Shown here: piece by piece, positions 32,718-40,700 of the stretch
How the letters are laid out: each line of letters opens with the position of its first letter
How positions within the stretch are numbered: the first letter of the stretch is position 1
Assembly (NCBI GenBank): GCA_027452005.1
Contig: DAIDHF010000011.1
Span: forward strand, 443 to 64,442
Direction of reading: 5' to 3'
Length of the DNA stretch: 64,000 nucleotides
Origin: Acidimicrobiales bacterium
GTDB taxonomy: Bacteria > Actinomycetota > Acidimicrobiia > Acidimicrobiales > JAKAVM01
Made by a program: the position numbers and the translations under genes
Notes under the pieces: model-generated
The model's database searches: none
What the model was told of the DNA's origin: nothing
What the model saw: the letters and a program-made list of their open reading frames with translations, nothing else

Positions 32718-35234
32718 ATGATCTCAAGACTCGCCCAAAATTTAATTCAGGCCGTTTTGGTCGCAACCCTTGCCTCTATTGGGACTTTTTGGAGCATTGA
32801 CGCAGGGGCTCAAATGGCCCAGTCGACTCCTCAACTCACCTGGAACTCCCAGAGCTACCCTGGTGGCCAGGTTTTATACTCGGTATCGTGTCCATCTACG
32901 ACTACGTGTACAGCAGTTGGGAAGTCCGGAACAATTGTCGGGACAATAAATGCCGGTGGAACCTGGGTTAAAGAGACCTCGTCAACAACCTCAACCTTAT
33001 ACGGAATCTCGTGCGTGTCAACTTCTGAGTGTGTTGCGGTCGGCGCTGGGGGAACAGTTGTGTTCACAACCAACGCTGGGAACTCGTGGCAGGCCGGACA
33101 GTCAACCCTGACGACTAACCTCGACAGTGTGTCGTGTCCGTCTAGTGGGCAGTGCTGGGCGGTCGGGGCAAGCGGGGTAATTGTCGCATCGGGTGCAAAT
33201 AATGACTCGGGTCCATGGACCGTTCAACAGGTCGGAGGTGCCAACCTATATGGAATATCGTGTATCGATGTAACCGATTGCACCGCTGTCGGATTTGCTG
33301 GAGCGATCTTTGCAACATCTAATGGATCAACCTGGATGCCGGAGGTGTCTGGGGTGACTACTACCTTGAACACCATTAGTTGCGTTACCGCGACCCAATG
33401 TTGGGCAGCCGGTGGGTCACAGGTAATTACCACCCCAAACGGGTCTACCTGGCAAGCAACAGGTGGACTACCCAATGCATCGAGTCTCGAGGGGATTGAT
33501 TGCACAGATTTCCGAAACTGCTGGGTTACAGGGGTCAATCCTGGGACCGTGGATTCAAGCTCTGATGGTGGAGCAAGCTGGATCCAAGAGATGCCCGACA
33601 GCGGCAACTGGTTGAACTCGGTAAGTTGTGCAAATGCCACTCATTGTTGGGCCGTGGGAAATGGAGTAATAATGTCGGGCTTTTCACCACCAAGTGAGGT
33701 AAACCCGACAAGTCCGGTCTATAACGCAGATGCTCCCGATCCAGACGTCGTGTCATACCAGGGGACCTACTATGCCTTTACTACCGGGACCAAAGAGGCC
33801 CCTATAATTCAAATCTTGTCATCTGGCAATCTGGCATCGTGGAACTTGAACGGGAGCGCGTTGAAGAAGATACCCTCTTGGGAAAAGGTGGGAACCCAGG
33901 AGTCACCCGGTGTCTTCTTCTGGGATAACAAGTGGATTATGTACTACGCGGCCATTGAGTCGTCAACGAATACCAGATGTATATCCATGGCTACCTCGAC
34001 ACAGATTTTGGGTCCTTATGTGGACTCGACCTTGGGTCCTTTAGAGTGTGACCCGACTATTGGCGGAGCCCTCGATCCCCAGCCATTTATTGACCCTTCC
34101 GGGACAGCGTATCTGTACTGGAAATCCAACGACGGTCTAAGCGGAGTAAACGCTCAGATCTGGGTTGCCCCAATCAACAATACGGGGCTTCCCGAGGTTG
34201 CCTCGGCGACATCATTGATTACCCAAGACCAACCCGGCACCACCGAGGCCCCATTTATGCAGAGCTATTCAGGAACCTACTACCTGTTCTACTCGATAGG
34301 TAGCTGGGACAGCTCTAACTATGGAGTTGGATACGCTACTTGTTCAACGCCAAGTGGCCCGTGCACTACAACCCAGGTCAATTCGGTTATGTCATCTAAC
34401 TCATACGTACTTGGGCCCGGTAGTGCGTCGGTCGTCACAGATAACTCTGGGCAGCTTTGGTTGGCATATTGTGGTTGGAACGGTCCCACGTCAAAGTTTT
34501 CTTATGCCCAAGGCGACTACAGAAGCCTTTGGATGGCTCAAATGTCGTTTCCGGGAGGAGTTCCAACCTTAGATTTGCAACCACCTCAAGTTGCCCCGGC
34601 TCCTAACGTAACCGGGCTAAGCTCGTCAGTTGGTTCGGCGAGCGGCGGGGCAAGCGTGACTATTTACGGGAGTAATCTATCTGGGGCCATCGGGGTAAGT
34701 TTTGCTAATGCCCCAGCAGAGAGCTTTACGGTAGTTTCTCCTTCGCAGATTTCTGTTGTTACCCCTCCTGGGAGCCCGGGCACGGTTGACGTTACCGTTA
34801 CTACCCCTAATGGAGCAAGTGCAATATCATGCCAAGATCAATATACCTTTACTGAGTCCGGAACTGCGGAGTTAGGGGGATACTGGCTGGTAAGCTCCCT
34901 CGGTAGCGTATATGGGTGCGGGGCCAACTTGGCTCTAGGATCGGCGCCACCCGGGACACAGGGGGTGGTCTCAATATCACCAACAAGTGACGTCCAAGGA
35001 TACTGGCTCGCCAACTCACAGGGGTCCATTTATACTTTCGGCGACGCCTCCTTCTATGGGTCCATGGGGGGCAAGCCACTCAATCAACCCATTGTTGCCA
35101 TGGCGTCTACGGCCGATTCCAAGGGTTACTGGATGGTGGCCTCTGACGGGGGAATCTTCTCCTTCGGCGACGCCTCCTTCTACGGGTCCATGGGGGCTGT
35201 CCCAACTAACGGACCTATCTCGGCGATGGGCTAG
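32718..35234 (+). CDS. Secreted multidomain protein: Cys-pair 7-blade propeller + GH43-like domain + IPT/TIG + GYW repeats
   Basis: Signal peptide. Blades 'SCPSTTTCTAVG, SCVSTSECVAVG, SCPSSGQCWAVG, SCIDVTDCTAVG, SCVTATQCWAAG, DCTDFRNCWVTG, SCANATHCWAVG'. GH43-type motifs 'APDPDVVSYQGTYYAFTT', 'LDPQPFIDPSGTAYLYW', 'TEAPFMQSYSGTYYLFYS'. IPT-like 'GGASVTIYGSNLSG...VVTPPGSPGTVDVTVTTPNG'. Confidence 0.8.
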   Translation: MISRLAQNLIQAVLVATLASIGTFWSIDAGAQMAQSTPQLTWNSQSYPGGQVLYSVSCPSTTTCTAVGKSGTIVGTINAGGTWVKETSSTTSTLYGISCVSTSECVAVGAGGTVVFTTNAGNSWQAGQSTLTTNLDSVSCPSSGQCWAVGASGVIVASGANNDSGPWTVQQVGGANLYGISCIDVTDCTAVGFAGAIFATSNGSTWMPEVSGVTTTLNTISCVTATQCWAAGGSQVITTPNGSTWQATGGLPNASSLEGIDCTDFRNCWVTGVNPGTVDSSSDGGASWIQEMPDSGNWLNSVSCANATHCWAVGNGVIMSGFSPPSEVNPTSPVYNADAPDPDVVSYQGTYYAFTTGTKEAPIIQILSSGNLASWNLNGSALKKIPSWEKVGTQESPGVFFWDNKWIMYYAAIESSTNTRCISMATSTQILGPYVDSTLGPLECDPTIGGALDPQPFIDPSGTAYLYWKSNDGLSGVNAQIWVAPINNTGLPEVASATSLITQDQPGTTEAPFMQSYSGTYYLFYSIGSWDSSNYGVGYATCSTPSGPCTTTQVNSVMSSNSYVLGPGSASVVTDNSGQLWLAYCGWNGPTSKFSYAQGDYRSLWMAQMSFPGGVPTLDLQPPQVAPAPNVTGLSSSVGSASGGASVTIYGSNLSGAIGVSFANAPAESFTVVSPSQISVVTPPGSPGTVDVTVTTPNGASAISCQDQYTFTESGTAELGGYWLVSSLGSVYGCGANLALGSAPPGTQGVVSISPTSDVQGYWLANSQGSIYTFGDASFYGSMGGKPLNQPIVAMASTADSKGYWMVASDGGIFSFGDASFYGSMGAVPTNGPISAMG
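34875..35231 (+). repeat. Three GYW-type repeats (coding), including a 34-nt near-identical duplication (35037-35070 and 35163-35196, 1 mismatch, 126 nt apart)
   Basis: 'GGYWLVSSLGSVYGCGANLALGS', 'GYWLANSQGSIYTFGDASFYGSMGG', 'GYWMVASDGGIFSFGDASFYGSMGA'. Confidence 0.85.
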
Positions 35235-35261
35235 TTAGATTGGAAGTCTATCCCCGGAAAG

Positions 35262-37607
35262 TTACCCAAAAGGGGCAAAAGCGATTATTGGATCTTGTTG
35301 GACTGGTTGCGACCCTTGGCCAAGAGATCCCAAAAAGCCGGCATCGCCGAATGCGAATACGCCGCCGTCTGAGCCGATTAACCAGTAACCGCGTGAGTCA
35401 CCCGTGGAGGAAACTGCTACTACGGGCCCTCTGAGTGGAGCTACTGAGTTACCTGGTCCCGGTGGACGACCGGGATCGATCTGGTAGATAGAGCCACAAA
35501 AGCCAGCGTCGCCGAAAGCAAACACCCCACCGTCGGCCCCCACGAGCCAGTAGCCATTTGAGTCGCTCGATCTGGCCATGGCCACTACCGGGGAGACCAG
35601 GTGCAAGTTGCCCGTTGATCCAAAGAACTGGGCGTCGCCGAAAGCAAACACCCCACCGTCGGCCCCCACGAGCCAGTATCCCAGACAATCTTTTGTTGGA
35701 ACAATCGACTTGATTTGAGCGTTGAGAGTAAGGCCTAGTGAGACCAAATCGCCATAACTAACGGCGTCACCTTGGGGGAAGACCTGCCCCGACGAAGAGG
35801 CAAGCCAGAAACCTAGACCGTCACATGTTGAAGCAATTGCTACAAGTGGACTTGATGACTGGACCTGCGTGCTTATTTGAGGTACCTGACCAAAGCCATG
35901 GACCTGACTTGAGGTATCAAGGATCCAGTATCCCGACGAGTCTGGGGTCACCGCTATCGAGATAGCTGCGTTCCCACACGCACAACCATAGTCCCCAGCG
36001 CCACCATAGGAGTAAAGTAAACCCTGGCTAGTCAATAACCAGTACCCCTGGGGAGTTCCCGGAGAATAAAATCCAATTGGAAACCCTGAACTTGCCGGCA
36101 AGGGGTCTCCAAAGAAGTCCTGGTTTCCAGAGGAGACTATTGGTGTTCCCGAAACGAGAACTTGCGATCCCGGCACCACCATGTATGCTTTTTCGCCTGA
36201 CGACCCAGCTAGGTCGCTGCCAGCGGAGACAAAGTGTGGGTCAAGGGCGGTTTCTGTCGGGTCATTGGGCTGGTTGGGCATGGTAATCCCGAAAAAGTCA
36301 TTTGAGGAGAAATGAACTTGTGACTGGGAAGGATACTGGAAACTTCCCGTACCTTGATTGTCAACCAGATTATTCTGGAATGACCAAATTGAACCGGATC
36401 CAGTCCCACAGTTCTGGCAGCCTACTAAGTTAGCTGGTGATCCAATTGGAGTATATATCGTATTATTATATATAGATGTATTTGTCTGGTTGCTGTCAAA
36501 AGTAAAGACGCCTTTGACCCCACTAAATCCGTCATTTACACTTAGATTAAATCTAACAATCAGGTTATCAGAGGCTCCTCCCATCATGAGTAAGAATCCA
36601 CCTTGATTGTCATGGCTGTAGTTGTATTCAAGAGTGGTAGAACTACTACCTAAATCTACATCGAATCCCTCGCCGTCGGTTGTCTGAGTCTTGGTCCCGT
36701 ATACCTCATTGAACTCAACAAGAGCTCCAATATCTCTTGTTACCATAATTCCCACACTGGAGGCCTCCGAGGATCCGAGAATTGATCTTTGAGAGGCATT
36801 TGAAACTACGTTGTGTGAAATTTCAGGATCGAGCGATCCAAAGGAAATAATTCCGTCACCGTCAACATTTGAAACGGTGTTGTTGTTTATCATTACCCCG
36901 GTACTCAGTTGGCCTTGGTCTACCTCGAAATAATTTGAGACGTAATAGCTTTGATCCCAGACAACAATTCCCGAACGGCCAACGTTGGAGACTGAGTTTC
37001 CGTCGACGTCTACGTTTTGAAAGCTGTCGGGAGGATTGAGTGCTTCAACAACAATTCCCCCATTGACATGGGAGTCGACGTTTGAGCAGTTGAAGCATCC
37101 ATTGACGTTTGAGACAGTATTATTTGCGATTGTAATTCCATTAAGAATACCGCCCCATGAGTCCTCGACCAAGATTCCTTCACGAGACAGTCCGGGCGAA
37201 GAGAGGGTCCCGAAGTTATTGGAGCCAGAGTTATTTACTACGTTTAGTCCCTCGATTGTCCAGTACTGCTGGTTGAGCAAGTAGACCGATGCACCTGAAG
37301 ATAGGGCCGACCCGTCTATTGTTGGTGATGATCCCGATCCGTAGGATCCAATTAGTATTGGATTGGACCGAGCCCCAGAACCCGAAGGGTCCAGTTGACC
37401 CTGGAAGGTTTCGCCGGCATGAAAGAGAATCTTGTCTCCCGGGCTGAAGGTCTCTGAGTCCACCTGAGCCAAGGTTGCCCAAGGTGAGCCCGGGCTAGTA
37501 CCGGAGTTCGAATCAAGTCCTCTGGTGGAGTCAACATAAAAGCTCTGGTCACTTTGCTCAATTTTCCCAGAGGCCAGTCGTGGGTTGAACTGGACCGACC
37601 TGGGCAA
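35262..37607 (-). CDS. Right-handed parallel beta-helix (pectate-lyase/CASH-like) protein with six C-terminal GYW repeats
   Basis: Repeated 'I.NNTVSNV.G' turns ('ITIANNTVSNVNGC', 'VDGNSVSNVGRSG', 'INNNTVSNVDGDG', 'ISHNVVSNAS', 'LEYNYSHDNQGG'). The canonical start TTG 37607 leaves no signal peptide, but the in-frame upstream 120 nt encode one (see findings). Confidence 0.8.
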   Translation of the reverse strand: MPRSVQFNPRLASGKIEQSDQSFYVDSTRGLDSNSGTSPGSPWATLAQVDSETFSPGDKILFHAGETFQGQLDPSGSGARSNPILIGSYGSGSSPTIDGSALSSGASVYLLNQQYWTIEGLNVVNNSGSNNFGTLSSPGLSREGILVEDSWGGILNGITIANNTVSNVNGCFNCSNVDSHVNGGIVVEALNPPDSFQNVDVDGNSVSNVGRSGIVVWDQSYYVSNYFEVDQGQLSTGVMINNNTVSNVDGDGIISFGSLDPEISHNVVSNASQRSILGSSEASSVGIMVTRDIGALVEFNEVYGTKTQTTDGEGFDVDLGSSSTTLEYNYSHDNQGGFLLMMGGASDNLIVRFNLSVNDGFSGVKGVFTFDSNQTNTSIYNNTIYTPIGSPANLVGCQNCGTGSGSIWSFQNNLVDNQGTGSFQYPSQSQVHFSSNDFFGITMPNQPNDPTETALDPHFVSAGSDLAGSSGEKAYMVVPGSQVLVSGTPIVSSGNQDFFGDPLPASSGFPIGFYSPGTPQGYWLLTSQGLLYSYGGAGDYGCACGNAAISIAVTPDSSGYWILDTSSQVHGFGQVPQISTQVQSSSPLVAIASTCDGLGFWLASSSGQVFPQGDAVSYGDLVSLGLTLNAQIKSIVPTKDCLGYWLVGADGGVFAFGDAQFFGSTGNLHLVSPVVAMARSSDSNGYWLVGADGGVFAFGDAGFCGSIYQIDPGRPPGPGNSVAPLRGPVVAVSSTGDSRGYWLIGSDGGVFAFGDAGFLGSLGQGSQPVQQDPIIAFAPFG
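35265..36047 (-). repeat. Six GYW-type repeats (coding)
   Basis: 'GYWLLTSQGLLYSYGGAGDYG', 'GYWILDTSSQVHGFGQ', 'GFWLASSSGQVFPQGDAVSYGD', '[22 protein letters not shown]', '[22 protein letters not shown]', '[22 protein letters not shown]'. Confidence 0.85.
35506..35678. repeat. 47-bp perfect direct repeat (35506-35552 and 35632-35678), 126 bp apart
   Basis: Both copies read gcgtcgccgaaagcaaacaccccaccgtcggcccccacgagccagta, checked base by base. On the minus strand each encodes [16 protein letters not shown] in adjacent protein repeats. Confidence 0.95.
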
Positions 37608-37767
37608 TAGATGGATTCGGCCACCTTTGACATGTAATCCCGGGGCCGGGTCGAAAATTATACTGATGACAAGGGCCAGAGCAACAGCTACGGTCGATCT
37701 AACGTAACGAGTATATATAATGGTTTTCTATCGGAAGATGCGTACAAGTACTGTAGAAAACTTACTC

Positions 37768-40700
37768 CTAAACACTTGATTCAACATCGTCCAACTCTTC
37801 ACTGGCAGATCTCCCATGCCGTACTCGAAAGTACAACCAAAAGATTCCAGCAAATACCGTAAAGCCTAAAAATAGGTACAGCATAGACATCATGTTGGCA
37901 GTCCGGTTGCCACCGAATCCAGCTGCTGATGGGTGCATGATGAACTGGACAAAGATAAACATGATTACCAGGTACAGACAAGCCCAGGCGGCCTTTGACC
38001 AGTGATAAACCGTGTCACCATCTAAGTACTTCATCGGAATCAGGCCAAAGAGGAGGCTCTGGAGTCCGCATATCCAAACGGTTGCGAGCAATGAATCTAA
38101 GGCCAGCATGGTAAAGGAGTGATTCCCGGAGATGACCGAGTCCTTTACCGGAATCCAGATAACCCACGAAAGTGCTGATACCAAGATCAGCCATATTGAG
38201 GCTAGTGTTACCGACCGCCCATCTTCGGCCTTGGTCGGCTCAATGCGGAAAACTATTGCTGCAAACACCCCGAAAACGTATCCCGGCTCGAAGTGGCTAA
38301 TCCTAGAGAAGATTACCAAGATAGCAGCTATTGCAACTCCCAAGGGGAATGCTCTTAGGTCACCTATCTTGTTGAATCGACGTCTAACGTAAACTCCTCT
38401 GGCAATCTCGGTCGTGGCTGTTGTAACTAAGATCGCCCCCACGTATCCGGCGATTTCGGCCATCGACGACACGTTGAAGCCGAAGGTTGGGTCAACCAGG
38501 GCATACAGGGCAGATCCAACAACCGAAAAGAGGATAAGGAGGGCACCGGTATGTAGTGACTGGAGCCAGGACTCAATTTTGTCTACGGCTCGCCTGAGGA
38601 TACCGCGCGACTGGGCAATAGTCTTGTGATGTTCTTTGAGTGTCGAGTTGAACAGGGTGGCCGGTAGGGCAACCAGCAAGATCAACAGGAGTGCAATTCC
38701 GGCATTCTGGGTCACATTTTTAGCGGTGACCAGATGGAAGGCTTCGGTGGGCGAAGGGATGGAGTCCGCCAGGGGAGCCGGGCCGGGAGGTCCACCACCT
38801 AGACCAAGGCCGTATCCCTTTTGGTAGTTCATTGCCGGGCCTCGCTGTCCGGCATTGACCAATGCCTTTACGTCAGCCTTGGTTACCACGTTCCCGTTTG
38901 AAATTGATGATACCGGCTGGGGGAGGGATACCGCCAAAGTTGTACCCGTAGAGCTTGAACTTATCGCATGAGATTTGTCTTTCGAGGTAATGCTCGTTGA
39001 GGTAGAGGGTGCCTGGGTGGTTGGGGTGGATACAATAGCGCTTGTCGGAGAGGACGGAGCTACTGGAGTGCTTGTTGTAACGACGACCGGTGAGGGTGGA
39101 GCAACATTCTGCACGACAGGAAGGGCAGCAGTTGTGGTCGGAGCAACTGTAGTAGGAGCCAGGCTCGTCGACGTGGTAGTCGTGGTCGTGGGGTTAGTCG
39201 TAGACGTCGTAGTGGTAGTCGCAAGCCAGTCAACCGCAAAAATTGTTGAGTGGGCTATCCCACCCGAATCAGTAAATGACCCGGTTACACTGTCTGTTCC
39301 CGGACCTCCAGTATCGGTATAGGTCCAAGTCGCCGTCCCCGTTGAATCGGTTATTGCCGTACCGGACTTTCCCGCGTTGGGCCCTGAGGTAACCGAAAAG
39401 TTTACCGTAACTCCAGGTTGGCCAGAAGAAGTATGTGAGATCGATTGTGATTGGAGAGTTGAAGTAGACGCCGATACGTTCGTGCCAGATGACGACTTTA
39501 ACTCGGTTGAAATGTTCACAGCAACGAACACCGACAACGACACACCTTTACCGGCCGTTCCCGAGATAGGACCTGAACCACCGGAAGACCCAATAGTTGA
39601 CTGTGGCACCCAGGTAATTTGAAGAGTATTGGACTGAATCTGGGTATTACTTGTCGGATCTACCATGGTTGCCGATAGAACGTCGACACCCTTCTTTTGC
39701 GCAGTAACTGTAAATATGGCTAAACCTTTGGCATTAGAGGTAGTTGCCAGTGTCTGGCCAGTATCCGGGCCAGAACTCACCGTAAAGGTCACGCTTGCCC
39801 CAACGAGCGGGATTCCTGAGCCATCCAGACAACTTGCCGTTACAGTAACGCTCGAAAGGGCATCGGCTCCTGTGGCACTGGCTGTGAGCGTAACCGAGTC
39901 TTGCAAGGTAAAGTCCACGTTGATTGACGCCATGGCCGTTGTGTTCGTTGTTGGATTTAGGTATCTAGCAGTTATTGTGTCAGTCCCTGACTTCCCGTTG
40001 TTCGTGAACGTGAAAGTTGCGCTACCCGATGAGTTGGTCGTGGCCTGAAACGTTGAGATGGACGTACCTGAATCTTGACCGCTAGATATATCGAAAGAGA
40101 TACTGGCGCCTGTAATCGGGATGGTCGTGATTACCCCGGTGGACGAATTGGTCGTGGTCTGGGTCAAGCTAGCAATTAGGGTAACCGACGAGCCGGGCTT
40201 TAGAGTAGTTCCGGAGGCGACCAGGCTTATCGAGTCACTATTAGAAGGTGGTGGGGGTGGTGCCAAACTGGTGAACTGATCAGCCAACGAGGTACTCGAG
40301 GTACCTCCGAGGGTGGTAACAGTTATGTCAGTTATTCCCGGAGCTTGTGCTGGAGCCACTGCGGATAACTGGGTTGAAGAGGTATAGGTTACCGACGTTG
40401 AGAGGTATTGGCCGAAAAACACAATTGCGTTGTCGGTAAAGTTTGTTCCGGTTACAGTTACAAGAGTCCCGCCAGCACTTGATCCCCCGGTTGGAGTTAT
40501 GGCCGTGACTGTAGGTAGTGAAGGAGCAACAAGTGAATAAGAGTTGCTCGTAACCGGGACAGTGTCGGCTTGGGTGTCTATTGTCAGAGTGTAAGTTCCT
40601 AATGCTGGCGGATTTCCGATATTATTCGCATTGATTGTTACGACCGTACTTGACCCAATGGCGCTGGCAAGTGTCAAATTTAGAGATTCACCAAGTGGCA

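Noticed and set aside
34875-36047. Regularly spaced (126-bp) near-identical DNA repeats that might be mistaken for a CRISPR-like or other non-coding array.
   Set aside because: The repeats are in frame within two long ORFs and encode the 42-aa GYW protein repeat. The 'spacers' are conserved at the protein level, and no cas genes are present.
38975-40048. Plus-strand ORFs of 81-127 aa (38975-39322, 39377-39622, 39665-40048) antisense to the 2169-aa gene.
   Set aside because: They are Val/Gly/Ala-rich mirror images of the Thr/Ser/Pro-rich linker and Ig repeats. No start context or recognisable domains were found.
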